Virus record (IMG/VR): IMGVR_UViG_3300021387_000463
Span: 171,001 to 235,000 of that record
DNA: 64,000 bases
Reading direction: 5' to 3' (one strand)
DNA from: a virus
Lineage: Duplodnaviria; Heunggongvirae; Uroviricota; Caudoviricetes
In this document: piece by piece, positions 9,645-19,423 of the stretch
Position numbering within the stretch: the stretch's first letter is position 1
Layout of the letters: every line of letters begins with the position of its first letter
Notes under the pieces: generated by a model
What the model was told of the DNA's origin: nothing
What the model saw: the letters and a program-made list of their open reading frames with translations, nothing else
Database searches by the model: none
Program-made: the position numbers and the translations under genes

Positions 9645-10003
9645 TTGATATTAAAGAAATATTGTCTCACGAAATTAAATCTGAGATAAGTAAAAAGCAT
9701 CTAGCATATATTTTTACCAAATTCCTTTTAGCAAATGGGTCGTTTAAAGAGTTTGTTAAAGAATTTATTTCGTATCACAATGAATTTAGGCGAGAAAATT
9801 TGATTATAAAAAATCCGAAGGATGCTATTTTTTATTCGATAGAAAAATTGAAGTCAGATAATAGACACATTCGTGCAATACTTCTAGCATATTCTTCAGC
9901 ATTTGATTGGCGAGATACTGAAAATGGAGAGGAATATTGGAGTAGATTAAACGACAAATGGCTTGATATAATCAAAAGCTATCCACAAATATATGTAAAA
10001 TGA
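9641..10003 (+). CDS. Hypothetical protein, FxW..TxxG..YW family
   Basis: FDWRDTENGEEYWSRLNDKW; tandem paralog of 9291. Confidence 0.8.
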   Translation: MIDIKEILSHEIKSEISKKHLAYIFTKFLLANGSFKEFVKEFISYHNEFRRENLIIKNPKDAIFYSIEKLKSDNRHIRAILLAYSSAFDWRDTENGEEYWSRLNDKWLDIIKSYPQIYVK

Positions 10004-10236
10004 AGAATATATATGAACGTGCAAAAGAATACTGTAAGTCTACCTTGGTAGGTAGTAACTACATAAAGGAGAATGCTTATGTGCAAGGTGCAAAGGATGT
10101 CTTGAGAGAACTTTCAATGACATTATCGGTGTCAGATGAAGAACACCTTGAGGAAAACCTCATGTTGTTATATAATCAGCTCATGGGGGATATAAGAGAA
10201 GAACATGAAACAATAGATGATACTCTCGATTTTTAA
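10000..10236 (+). CDS. Hypothetical protein
   Basis: Coupled ORF. Confidence 0.7.
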   Translation: MKNIYERAKEYCKSTLVGSNYIKENAYVQGAKDVLRELSMTLSVSDEEHLEENLMLLYNQLMGDIREEHETIDDTLDF

Positions 10237-10327
10237 AGTTAAAAGTTGTTAGAATGGGGCTATTGAATTTGGTAGTCTCATTATTTTTTTATATATTTGC
10301 AAATATAGGTTAAACTTACCTTTTATT

Positions 10328-10723
10328 ATGATACGTATAATACCTTATGTCGATACTATATTGAATGAACCTGACATAATAACGCATAAACAAGGGAAAT
10401 ATCTATTAGGTAAATTCTTAATGGAGAATAAACTTTTGAACACCTTTATAACTTGTTATAAATACACACGATATAAAGAGTGTAAGAGAATTGAGTATTG
10501 TAAGACAATAGATGCAATGACATACAATGATGTGTTGTATGACTGCATAAACAGAGTTGATTTGTATGGTATGTCATTCCGTGAGGTGTTTAACTTTGCT
10601 TACTTGTCATTTAGTTGGTGGGAACCAGCCACAAACATAGATTGGTTTGTAATTCATAGCAAATGGCAAAACCAAATTGGGTTTACATACTTTAGAAAAC
10701 ATGATACTGATGAATACGTATGA
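10328..10723 (+). CDS. Hypothetical protein, divergent FxW family
   Basis: KFLMENKL..F ... FSWW..W...HSKW; own promoter. Confidence 0.7.
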   Translation: MIRIIPYVDTILNEPDIITHKQGKYLLGKFLMENKLLNTFITCYKYTRYKECKRIEYCKTIDAMTYNDVLYDCINRVDLYGMSFREVFNFAYLSFSWWEPATNIDWFVIHSKWQNQIGFTYFRKHDTDEYV

Positions 10724-11106
10724 AAGCTGAAGCATATAGAGATTATTTACTTAAGAAATATAAGAAAGTGTCAGCAAGGGAAAACTCTATAACAAGAAAG
10801 GAATTAAAGAATCTTGTTTATAGGTTTTTGTGTGAAAGAGGATTATGGTATGCAATGGTGATGGAGGTTAGACACTTCTGTAAAAAACCATTAACAGCAA
10901 GAGAGGTACTGATTCGTATGACTTCAAATTCTGTTACACCTTCTGATTCCCTAATCAATATAAATTGTGTATTTGATTGGGATACAGCGTTATACGGAAA
11001 GGATATGTTTTTTTCATATTCACGATTATGGGAGGGCATATATACAAAATGGATTTTATTTTTGGGTAATTTATCCAATCTGTATATAAATCATTTGGAA
11101 ATTTAA
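10720..11106 (+). CDS. Hypothetical protein, divergent FxW family
   Basis: RFLCERGL ... FDWDT ... W...YTKW. Confidence 0.7.
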   Translation: MKAEAYRDYLLKKYKKVSARENSITRKELKNLVYRFLCERGLWYAMVMEVRHFCKKPLTAREVLIRMTSNSVTPSDSLININCVFDWDTALYGKDMFFSYSRLWEGIYTKWILFLGNLSNLYINHLEI

Positions 11107-11129
11107 TTTTTTTTATATATCTTTGCATT

Positions 11130-11486
11130 ATGGTAAATCTAAAATATCCGTTTGATATACTGAATGATAAAGATACTGTCACTAGGAAAGAAGCAAAGGT
11201 ATTGATTGTCAAGTTTTTAAAACGAGAGCATTGTTTCAAGGAAATGATAACTGAGTGTTTAAGGTATCATACACACTTGAATAGTATAGATGAAATCTTG
11301 GATAATATGACAGATGCTTATTCATTGGATGGATGTTTATACTATTCGGATAGGATATTTCCTTGGGAATGTGCTACAACAATTGATAAAGGCAATGCGA
11401 ATGGGTATTGGAGAAATCTTAGGGATAAATGGTGGAAACAAATAGATTATTCTAGAACGATAAAAATAATAAGAGACGATACATAA
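11130..11486 (+). CDS. Hypothetical protein, FxW family
   Basis: KFLKREHCF ... FPWE ... GYWRNLRDKW; near-leaderless after promoter 11118. Confidence 0.75.
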   Translation: MVNLKYPFDILNDKDTVTRKEAKVLIVKFLKREHCFKEMITECLRYHTHLNSIDEILDNMTDAYSLDGCLYYSDRIFPWECATTIDKGNANGYWRNLRDKWWKQIDYSRTIKIIRDDT

Positions 11487-11496
11487 AACAAAAAAG

Positions 11497-12180
11497 ATGA
11501 GAATATGTGCATTTTCAGATATGCATGGACAACTTGAGTTTAAGGTTGAACCATGTGATATTGTTATGATATGTGGTGATATATTACCACTCAAGATACA
11601 AAATTTCACAAGTCCAAGCGAGGTTTGGCTTAGAGACGTATTCATACCTTGGTGTACTAATCTACCTTGCGAGAAAGTGCTATTTGTTGCAGGTAATCAT
11701 GATTTCTTCTTTATGCGCCACCCAGACAGAGTACGCTTAATGTTGAAAGGTCAAGAGAAGATTACTTACTTGGACTGTGAAACCTTTGAATATAAGGGAA
11801 AGACAATATACGGCACTCCAATGTGTAAGCCATTTGGAAGATGGGCATTTATGCCTACCTATGAAGAGCAAGACGAAAAGTATGCAAGACACTTAAAAGC
11901 AATCGAGCATATCGACATCGTTATGTCTCATGATGCGCCTTATGGAGTGAGTGATATTATATTGCAGAAGGATTGCCCTTGGGCTGATGGTAGTCACATA
12001 GGAAACCAATCACTTAAAAAGTTTCTAGAGGCTTCTAAACCAGCTCTGAATATTCATGGTCATTTACACACCTCTAATAGAGAGAAGGAAATGCTTGGCG
12101 ATACTGCTGTATATAACGTGTCTTTACTGAATGAGGATTATAAAATGGCATTTGACCCTTTATACTTGGATTATGAATAG
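11497..12180 (+). CDS. Calcineurin-like metallophosphoesterase
   Basis: SDMHG, CGD, AGNHD, SHDAP and IHGHLH motifs. Confidence 0.92.
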   Translation: MRICAFSDMHGQLEFKVEPCDIVMICGDILPLKIQNFTSPSEVWLRDVFIPWCTNLPCEKVLFVAGNHDFFFMRHPDRVRLMLKGQEKITYLDCETFEYKGKTIYGTPMCKPFGRWAFMPTYEEQDEKYARHLKAIEHIDIVMSHDAPYGVSDIILQKDCPWADGSHIGNQSLKKFLEASKPALNIHGHLHTSNREKEMLGDTAVYNVSLLNEDYKMAFDPLYLDYE

Positions 12181-12349
12181 TTTTGATAAGAAATTTCTGC
12201 TAAGATGCAAGGATTGTGGATGTGAGTTCTACCCTTGGAAAACGTTGATGGTGACTTCGGATAAGACAAATTGGAAAGAATATTTGTATTGTCCGAATTG
12301 TCATAAGTTCGATGATAAAGACAATTTCAAGATTGTTAACACTAATTAA
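12173..12349 (+). CDS. Small zinc-ribbon protein
   Basis: CKDC...CPNC. Confidence 0.7.
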   Translation: MNSFDKKFLLRCKDCGCEFYPWKTLMVTSDKTNWKEYLYCPNCHKFDDKDNFKIVNTN

Positions 12350-12393
12350 CCTTGAAAATTTGTTTCTAAACTAAAAAACCTATATATTTGCAA

Positions 12394-13116
12394 ATGAAGA
12401 AGAAAAAGAAGGAAACATACGATATAGAGCTATTGATACTTAGGATATTCTTGAAGCATATCAAAAAGTATCATTTATATCATATATTCAGATGCAGCGT
12501 AGGAATACCAAACAGTCACAAAGACCTATTCCACATCATAGCATCAAGAGTATGGAGAAACTACTCCAATATGGTTGGAAGACTTGGTATGATGTGTTCA
12601 TGCTATGCTAGCAGTAAGTCATTAGACGAGTTCCTTATGTGTATGCGTAGCAATGGCGGTGGTAAATTCCAAATTGTAAATGATGTAAACTGTCAGATGG
12701 CTGTAATGAACATCGTCAATGGCTTGATACACTCTTGCATCGAGTGTGGTATTGGTGAAGACTTCAAAGTTCTTGAAAAATTGGGCGAAGGAGTATTCAC
12801 AGAGGTTTGCCAAAACTTGTTCGGTGACGAGTTTGTTGACAAGACAACAGAAATGTTGAAACCAGAGCAAATGGAAATGCTTGAAAAATATGGTAGAATG
12901 ATACCACCGCCTCACATGGATAGAAGACATAGAGGGGATGTGATACCACCACCACAGCAACCAAATCAAGAAGAATTTCAAAGATGGATTGAGGAATATT
13001 TATCTCGTATTCCAACAAGAGAGCAAATGGAAATGACACAACCAACATTTAGAAATGATAATATGAATGTTGGTTATTGGGACGATATTGAAGATGAAAT
13101 TGAACTTTTGAATTAA
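12394..13116 (+). CDS. Hypothetical protein
   Basis: Directly after promoter 12383; Pro/Gln-rich, acidic tail. Confidence 0.75.
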   Translation: MKKKKKETYDIELLILRIFLKHIKKYHLYHIFRCSVGIPNSHKDLFHIIASRVWRNYSNMVGRLGMMCSCYASSKSLDEFLMCMRSNGGGKFQIVNDVNCQMAVMNIVNGLIHSCIECGIGEDFKVLEKLGEGVFTEVCQNLFGDEFVDKTTEMLKPEQMEMLEKYGRMIPPPHMDRRHRGDVIPPPQQPNQEEFQRWIEEYLSRIPTREQMEMTQPTFRNDNMNVGYWDDIEDEIELLN

Positions 13117-13134
13117 GAGATAAAAAAATATATT

Positions 13135-13824
13135 ATGACTGAATTTGGACAAGGACATCCTTGCTCTGGTAAGGATTGCAAAGATTGTGAAACTTGCATA
13201 TTTGACGAGGATTTGTTTATAGATAAAGTGCAACCAAATAAAAGAAAAGATATAATGAGTAGTAATTTATGTAATTTCTGTACTAACTTAGAGAAATCAT
13301 TTGAGCACCGTGAACCAGGACGTTTTGATGCAGCTTGCCGTGCTGTTACCTATGACACATGGAGTTGTTCAAGACCTAGGAGAATTGATTACAATCTCTC
13401 TCAGACACAAGACATTGTTCGTCCTAGTTGGTGCCCATTGAACAACCCTAACAACAAGCACATGGCATTACCAAGTTCTAGTCAGCCATCTACGCCCTTG
13501 ATACCGCCATATACTCCAAAGTCTCAAAACCTTGAGGAGTTACGCAAAAAGCCTGTAGATTCGTTGACTTACAGTGAGAAAAGGGAACTTATGAAAGAAC
13601 TTCCAAAGCATCTTGAATGGGATGAAATAGAGGAAGGTAAAACATACGTTATCCCAAGGATAATGAACCAGTTGAGAAAAGTCGTTAAGGTTTCAAGTAA
13701 GACAAGTGGTGTTTGCGTTTGTCACGAGATTAACGAATCCACTGGGGATGAATATACATTTAGTTGCAACATATATCCATCAGACCTTGATGTGGTATTT
13801 ATTACAGAATTTCGTAAGTTTTAA
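13135..13824 (+). CDS. Cys-rich hypothetical protein
   Basis: CSGKDCKDCETC, CNFC and WCPL clusters. Confidence 0.7.
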   Translation: MTEFGQGHPCSGKDCKDCETCIFDEDLFIDKVQPNKRKDIMSSNLCNFCTNLEKSFEHREPGRFDAACRAVTYDTWSCSRPRRIDYNLSQTQDIVRPSWCPLNNPNNKHMALPSSSQPSTPLIPPYTPKSQNLEELRKKPVDSLTYSEKRELMKELPKHLEWDEIEEGKTYVIPRIMNQLRKVVKVSSKTSGVCVCHEINESTGDEYTFSCNIYPSDLDVVFITEFRKF

Positions 13825-13829
13825 ATAGC

Positions 13830-14093
13830 ATGGCAGAAAAACGTACAATAGAAAGTTGTAAGGATGACCTTAAGAAGATAAAGGCTCACATTCATCCTTC
13901 AAATCTCAAAATTAACAAGATTTATCACATACCTCCAGTGATTACATTGGAAAGAATGGATATTATGGTTCTTGGTGTTGAAGGCGATTTCATTCGCTTC
14001 AAGAGAGTGGATAGTACCACTGATAAGGATGAGAAGAAGATGCACAAAACTAGCATCCTCTCTAGGTTTATTGTTAACAAAAGAAAATATTAA
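13830..14093 (+). CDS. Hypothetical protein
   Basis: Intact ORF; resembles the C-terminal domain of the upstream gene (KIYHIP/KTYVIP). Confidence 0.7.
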   Translation: MAEKRTIESCKDDLKKIKAHIHPSNLKINKIYHIPPVITLERMDIMVLGVEGDFIRFKRVDSTTDKDEKKMHKTSILSRFIVNKRKY

Positions 14094-14160
14094 CTTTTTT
14101 TAAGGTGCAAAATTTAATTTTCTCAAGAAAAATTGATATATTTGCGCAAAAAAAGAAAAC

Positions 14161-14673
14161 ATGTTGTATAATAACTTTATAGTTTGCATTATGACTGTTG
14201 CATTTTTCGCCATGATTCACATGGTTGTTAATGGACAGTGGGCATACATCATTCTTCCAATAGGAATTCTTATTTGGGGAATCTTTAAGTTCTTTGATGA
14301 GAACGATAGGAAGTATCTAGAGGGTATGGGAATAGACCCAGATGAGTTCAACGCATTCTTTCCAGATTATTATAACAACTACAGTTATAATAGGACTCAT
14401 AGAAACGTTAAGTACCCTATAAATAACGATGTAGCTAATGCGCAGAAGAATACTATAGTTTGGAATAGTCCAACAGATGATATAAGGAGAGAGACTACCG
14501 TTAAGACCTATAGTGGTGGATTCAATAGAGGTGGTTTCTTCCCTCAGAGAAGAAGAAATAACCCTGAGTATAAGGGTATGGTGGATAAGTGCAAAAGAAA
14601 TTTTAAAATAACTATAGAAGATGAATCAAAACGAGAACGAGTTCATCACGGCATCAACAGTGTTTTTGGGTGA
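14161..14673 (+). CDS. Hypothetical membrane protein
   Basis: Two N-terminal TM segments; own promoter. Confidence 0.7.
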   Translation: MLYNNFIVCIMTVAFFAMIHMVVNGQWAYIILPIGILIWGIFKFFDENDRKYLEGMGIDPDEFNAFFPDYYNNYSYNRTHRNVKYPINNDVANAQKNTIVWNSPTDDIRRETTVKTYSGGFNRGGFFPQRRRNNPEYKGMVDKCKRNFKITIEDESKRERVHHGINSVFG

Positions 14674-14748
14674 TGCCGAAACAAATGAACAGCCTATGGT
14701 AGAAAATAAGGAGCAAGTAGCTCTACATCCAGAATTGTATTACGGATA

Positions 14749-14967
14749 ATGGCAAATTTTAGCTTGAGTGAACAAGAAGAAAAGAATGCAAAGGCTTTTA
14801 TAGAGAAGCATAAGAAATGTAGGACTAAACCACGTGTGAACAACACGTTTAAACAGTCTGCTCCCTACAAATATATTTTCACTCCAACTAGTATTGGCAA
14901 TGTAGTAATTATCAAATGTCCTTACTGTGGTAAGGAAAAAGATATAACTGATGTGGATTGTTGGTAG
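14749..14967 (+). CDS. Small zinc-finger protein
   Basis: H..C...CPYC motif. Confidence 0.7.
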   Translation: MANFSLSEQEEKNAKAFIEKHKKCRTKPRVNNTFKQSAPYKYIFTPTSIGNVVIIKCPYCGKEKDITDVDCW

Positions 14968-14988
14968 AAACATAAAATTACAATAACG

Positions 14989-15363
14989 ATGAATACTAAT
15001 AAAGAGACAAAAGTAGAAACTCCTACAGAAGAGAAGTGGGAAGGTAACATCAAAGAGTTAGAGAAGTATGGTGACAAGATGGAACACATCATGTCGGTTA
15101 TCCCAGCTCCTCTGTTCATCATTTTCGCTGAGTATCTTGGATACGTCAGTCAGTTCAACAAGAAAGCAGAGGATTGGTGCGATGGCAAGGTTCCTGATGT
15201 TCATGTGCAGAAGGTGATGCTCATTGAGGCTAAGTGTATCTATCGTCAGATGTCTAAGGATTATGACCTAGAGGAGATTCAGTACTACTATGATAGCTAT
15301 TACCCACTCATACTAAAAGAGTTTGATGAAAAACTCGCTAAGATTTGTGAGAACGAAGACTAA
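14989..15363 (+). CDS. Hypothetical protein
   Basis: Intact ORF followed by a hairpin. Confidence 0.75.
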   Translation: MNTNKETKVETPTEEKWEGNIKELEKYGDKMEHIMSVIPAPLFIIFAEYLGYVSQFNKKAEDWCDGKVPDVHVQKVMLIEAKCIYRQMSKDYDLEEIQYYYDSYYPLILKEFDEKLAKICENED

Positions 15364-15371
15364 CATCGATA

Positions 15372-15396
15372 TTGGGCTAGCACATAGCTAGCCCAA
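15372..15396. terminator. Intergenic hairpin
   Basis: ttgggctag-cacatag-ctagcccaa. Confidence 0.55.
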
Positions 15397-15411
15397 AATC
15401 ATTTATGTACT

Positions 15412-15744
15412 ATGGAAAGTGATAGAATAGCTGCATTCGTGAAGAGAAAGAGACCTTCCGCAGCGGTAAAACAAGTGGAGATTAAAGAGGTCGAATTACC
15501 TTGGTATAAAAAGCCTATACTTAAAGAGGATTTCCATACTAGGCAAGGTATGGATGGACTGTATTATGCACAACACAATGGTTGGTCAAAAAGAACATGG
15601 ATTGGACCTTATAGCTCAAGTGCTGAAGCTGAGAAGGTGATTGATTCTTACATAATCGAGTCACTTAAGGGAAGCCTTGAGCATAAATCTATGGATTCAA
15701 TACATTCAGTAATTATTGAAAATGGAAATTTCTTTAGAAGCTAG
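15412..15744 (+). CDS. Hypothetical protein
   Basis: Intact ORF. Confidence 0.7.
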   Translation: MESDRIAAFVKRKRPSAAVKQVEIKEVELPWYKKPILKEDFHTRQGMDGLYYAQHNGWSKRTWIGPYSSSAEAEKVIDSYIIESLKGSLEHKSMDSIHSVIIENGNFFRS

Positions 15745-15991
15745 ATACTTTTATAAATTTCTCAAGAAACACAATTGTTTGAGGGCATTTATGAAGAATA
15801 TTCTCACGGAGAATAATGTGTGTATTTATAAGAATTGGAGTATACTAGAAATACTAACAAAATACCCCACTATTTCTGTAGCATTCATTTGGGCTGGAAC
15901 ACCTGAAGGGCAAGCATATTGGGAAGAACTTAATAATAAATGGATAAATGAAAGAAAGCGAAGAGAGAAAAAAGAAAGCGAGATTGCTTAA
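15722..15991 (+). CDS. Hypothetical protein, FxW..TxEG..YW family
   Basis: YKFLKKHNCL ... FIWAGTPEGQAYWEELNNKW. Confidence 0.8.
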   Translation: MEISLEARYFYKFLKKHNCLRAFMKNILTENNVCIYKNWSILEILTKYPTISVAFIWAGTPEGQAYWEELNNKWINERKRREKKESEIA

Positions 15992-16295
15992 CGCTAGAAT
16001 TTTATATAAATTCTTGAAACGTAACAATTGCATTGCGGATTTTGCCACTAATGTATTGGAGTATGAGCATAGGATGAATAACCCTAGAGTAAAGAACTTG
16101 AGAGAGTTTAGGAAGAGCAATATTTTGGATGTGTTAGATGATATTGGCTCAATATGTAAAGCCTTCTCATGGTATGGAACACATCAAGGGGATGCATATT
16201 GGAGAAGATTGGATGATGAATTTTGGAGATTTAAAATGCCCATTATCTTTTCAATGAGAGTTCTAGACCCTAACTTACCAACTGCATGTCATTGA
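15948..16295 (+). CDS. Hypothetical protein, FxW family
   Basis: YKFLKRNNCI ... FSWYGTHQGDAYWRRL. Confidence 0.8.
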   Translation: MKESEERKKKARLLNARILYKFLKRNNCIADFATNVLEYEHRMNNPRVKNLREFRKSNILDVLDDIGSICKAFSWYGTHQGDAYWRRLDDEFWRFKMPIIFSMRVLDPNLPTACH

Positions 16296-16315
16296 TTTTG
16301 TTAAATTTTAATAAA

Positions 16316-16561
16316 ATGGAAATTTCTTTGAGAACTAGATATTTGTACAAATTCCTCAAGAAAAATAATTGTCTAAGAGAGTTTGTCATCAATGTTAAGA
16401 AAGCCCATCCTGAACGAAAATATTGGGATGTATTAAGGATATTAGAAAGAAGTGGTTGTATTGGAATAGGATTCTTATGGTCTGAATCAGAAGAAGGGCA
16501 TGAATATTGGGAAGAACTAAATAAAAAATGGGGAAGAGAAACAAAAAAAATTGAGGACTGA
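16316..16561 (+). CDS. Hypothetical protein, FxW family
   Basis: MEISLRTRYLYKFLKKNNCL, close paralog of 15722. Confidence 0.8.
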   Translation: MEISLRTRYLYKFLKKNNCLREFVINVKKAHPERKYWDVLRILERSGCIGIGFLWSESEEGHEYWEELNKKWGRETKKIED

Positions 16562-16639
16562 TGGTTTTTTAAACTATTAAAGTTTTTTAAAAAATTTGGT
16601 TATATCATTTTTTTTTCATATATTTGCATTAAAAATAGT

Positions 16640-16927
16640 ATGACTACGATTCTTTGCATAGCAGCAATATATTTTGCGACTGTTTTAGTGATGAGGGATA
16701 TGATTAAAAAAGACATAGACTATTATCTTCATTATTCATTGGGTAGGACTCCATCACATACAGCGTATAACTTTGTATCAAACCATAGAAAGGAAATAAT
16801 TAACACCTTTTCGGTTATATTCCCAATATACTTTGGATATAAATTTGGGTGTCAATACGGAATATCACTATATAATATATTAGTAGACTATAATTATGAA
16901 AATAGGATTATTGCTTGGCTCTTTTAA
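16640..16927 (+). CDS. Hypothetical membrane protein
   Basis: Hydrophobic N-terminus; promoter 16619. Confidence 0.65.
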   Translation: MTTILCIAAIYFATVLVMRDMIKKDIDYYLHYSLGRTPSHTAYNFVSNHRKEIINTFSVIFPIYFGYKFGCQYGISLYNILVDYNYENRIIAWLF

Positions 16928-17519
16928 CCCAATCACGATTGCTCATGTGGCAATGGCATCAAACGTTATAGCAAGCGGACTTTGCGATAAGGTCTTGTTC
17001 GTTGTTGCAAAACATAACCCTTGGAAGAAAGAAGAACCAGCGCCATTTGACTTAAGATGTCAGATGATTGAAGAAGCCATTAAACCATTGGGTAATGCTT
17101 GTGAGGTATGCAGATTTGAAGAGAAATATGAACCTCCAGTTTATTCATATATCCCTATAAATGAAGCTATTGAAGCATATCCAAATGACAAGATAATCCT
17201 CATTGCTGGTACTGACACCATTGACCGTATTCCTCGTTGGAAAAACTTTGAAACCCATATCAAGGATAAAATTGGGTTTATTATGGTTACAAGGTGGGAT
17301 GAGGGACACCAACACAGTAATTTAGTTGGTATTCCGATTCCATTTAGGGTAGGATATGAGGCAGTTAGCACATATATGAAAGCGACCACACTTGAGATAC
17401 AAAGACTAGATGTTTCTTCAACTATGGTTAGAATGATGGTATCAAAGGGCATGAATCCATACCCCTATGTAACTGAAGGGGTTGCCAAGATAATTTCAGA
17501 TAATAAGCTGTACACATAA
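16896..17519 (+). CDS. nadD: Nicotinate/nicotinamide mononucleotide adenylyltransferase
   Basis: GSFNPITIAH (HxGH variant), HNPWK, GTD...RW...E, VSSTMVR. Confidence 0.88.
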   Translation: MKIGLLLGSFNPITIAHVAMASNVIASGLCDKVLFVVAKHNPWKKEEPAPFDLRCQMIEEAIKPLGNACEVCRFEEKYEPPVYSYIPINEAIEAYPNDKIILIAGTDTIDRIPRWKNFETHIKDKIGFIMVTRWDEGHQHSNLVGIPIPFRVGYEAVSTYMKATTLEIQRLDVSSTMVRMMVSKGMNPYPYVTEGVAKIISDNKLYT

Positions 17520-17521
17520 AG

Positions 17522-18055
17522 ATGGGAGAAAAAAGAATTTTAAAGGAAGGCGATTTTATTAAAAGAGATAACCGAAAAGGTAGTTTCATGATATATGAGG
17601 GTAAGAACATATCAGATACTTGTGTTAAGAAACTGACACTGATATGTGCTTATGACCCAGAGAAATACATGCAAACCTCTGCTGGTTATGACCATGTTCC
17701 TTATCTTGATGTCTCTAAAGATGGAAAGACATGCGGTGAGACAATAGATACAGATAAGGAAGACTATTGGATTAGTCTCTGTACACCAACAGAAAAAGCA
17801 GATGCAATCAAAATCCTAGAGCAATATGGCTATGTTTGGGATGAAGAAAATCTTGCATTAGTTGACATGGCTACTGGAGAGATTATCAAGAAGATTGTCA
17901 TTCCAGATAATACATACTACGGTGAGATAGTAAGACCAATTACAGATGATTTCAAGGGAATATTAAAGAAATCTTGTTTGGATAAAAGTAAACCAACACA
18001 TACATCATACCACAATCCAATCTATCAAGAAGATTGGGATAATTATGGTGAGTAA
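17522..18055 (+). CDS. Hypothetical protein with internal T..E...L...GYVWD motif
   Basis: Intact ORF. Confidence 0.75.
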   Translation: MGEKRILKEGDFIKRDNRKGSFMIYEGKNISDTCVKKLTLICAYDPEKYMQTSAGYDHVPYLDVSKDGKTCGETIDTDKEDYWISLCTPTEKADAIKILEQYGYVWDEENLALVDMATGEIIKKIVIPDNTYYGEIVRPITDDFKGILKKSCLDKSKPTHTSYHNPIYQEDWDNYGE

Positions 18056-18069
18056 AATAATTAATAACT

Positions 18070-18237
18070 ATGGAGAAATACCTTAGATGGCGTTTTTTAA
18101 GCGACCCATACGTCAGAAGCAAATTTGGACAATACTGCGAAGAGTGGATTAAAGGTGTCACTGAGGAACAGTTGGCTTATTTTAGAGTTGAAAGAGAACG
18201 TTTAACCCTTATGGGAATATACAAAGAACAACAATGA
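18070..18237 (+). CDS. Small hypothetical protein (55 aa)
   Basis: MEKYLRWRFLSDPY...; stop overlaps the next ATG. Confidence 0.6.
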   Translation: MEKYLRWRFLSDPYVRSKFGQYCEEWIKGVTEEQLAYFRVERERLTLMGIYKEQQ

Positions 18238-18590
18238 TTAGCGCAAGAGATTTAAGAAGATGTATTGACATATTGGCAGAGCTTAACGCTGGTGCTGATT
18301 CCAATTCCAAACGTCTTATCCTAGAAGTTGGATATATCCTTAAGCAAGAACTAGAAACAGTGGAGGCTTGGGATTCACAATTTAAGGATAAAAGGCGCGG
18401 ATATGGTGACATTGACATTAAGAAACTGCTTGAGGACAATACACAGTTGTTTAATGAGAATAAACAGCTACAAGACCTCAATATAAAACTCAAGGAGGTA
18501 ATTGACCAACGCATCCCAAATGTCGAAAAAGGCATCAGTGAGGTCAATCGGAAGTTTAATATAATGTCCGAAACTATTAATAAACTATAA
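18234..18590 (+). CDS. Coiled-coil hypothetical protein
   Basis: Heptad pattern. Confidence 0.7.
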   Translation: MISARDLRRCIDILAELNAGADSNSKRLILEVGYILKQELETVEAWDSQFKDKRRGYGDIDIKKLLEDNTQLFNENKQLQDLNIKLKEVIDQRIPNVEKGISEVNRKFNIMSETINKL

Positions 18591-18677
18591 TTTTTGGTAA
18601 AACCTTATAAAAAATTTGGTTTTACCAATTTTTTTTTGTATCTTTGCATTATTAGGCAAATTATAAACAAATTAAAC

Positions 18678-18860
18678 ATGGCTAAAGAAAGTGTATTAAG
18701 AGAGGCAATCGCTAAACTGAAATATAATAGCGGTGTACTCAAGGACAAAAGAAGTAGATGCTCAACTAACAAAGAAGTGGCTGAGATTGACAAACAGCTT
18801 GCTCAGAATGCTAGCATGATACTCGATTACGAATACAGAATCAAATATAATTTAGGGTAA
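18678..18860 (+). CDS. Small coiled-coil protein
   Basis: ATG 18678 downstream of promoter 18639. Confidence 0.7.
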   Translation: MAKESVLREAIAKLKYNSGVLKDKRSRCSTNKEVAEIDKQLAQNASMILDYEYRIKYNLG

Positions 18861-18861
18861 T

Positions 18862-19284
18862 ATGTACGAACCATTTGTAAAGTGTGCTGAAGAAACTAAT
18901 CGTGAAAAGATTATGAAAGGCGAAAATACAAAAAGCTTGGGAAAAATAGTGTGGAACTATACAATACGACCAATCAAGTGGTGGTTTAATTCTGATTGGG
19001 GTGCTGTTATCACTGGAATCTTGGTAATTGCCCTATTCACATTTGTAGGCATAAAATTCATCCAATACCAAGACGAGAAAAACTATCCCTATGGAGAGTA
19101 TGAAATGACATACCGTGTGTATTACTCTGAAAACAATGTGAAGGAGTATACGATTACCCATAACAGACCAATCTATATGAGGTCAAGCAAGGGTAGTAAC
19201 GAGATACATAAGCATAATTGGGGTGATGTCATTGAGACAAGTGCTCCAATTGAAATAGTTAGATACGTAAATAGAGCTAAATAG
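18862..19284 (+). CDS. Hypothetical single-pass membrane protein
   Basis: TM helix near residues 48-66; TAG stop. Confidence 0.7.
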   Translation: MYEPFVKCAEETNREKIMKGENTKSLGKIVWNYTIRPIKWWFNSDWGAVITGILVIALFTFVGIKFIQYQDEKNYPYGEYEMTYRVYYSENNVKEYTITHNRPIYMRSSKGSNEIHKHNWGDVIETSAPIEIVRYVNRAK

Positions 19285-19286
19285 AT

Positions 19287-19421
19287 ATGGCTAGAATAAT
19301 TAAATGCCCCAAGTGTGGTAAGAATTTACTTGTGAGCAAAAAAATTGAAGAAGAGGGGAAGCATAAGGGTATGCACCATGCATCATGCCTCTCATGTAAT
19401 TATGAAACATATACATTTTGA
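19287..19421 (+). CDS. Small zinc-ribbon protein (44 aa)
   Basis: CPKC...CLSC. Confidence 0.65.
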   Translation: MARIIKCPKCGKNLLVSKKIEEEGKHKGMHHASCLSCNYETYTF

Positions 19422-19423
19422 AT

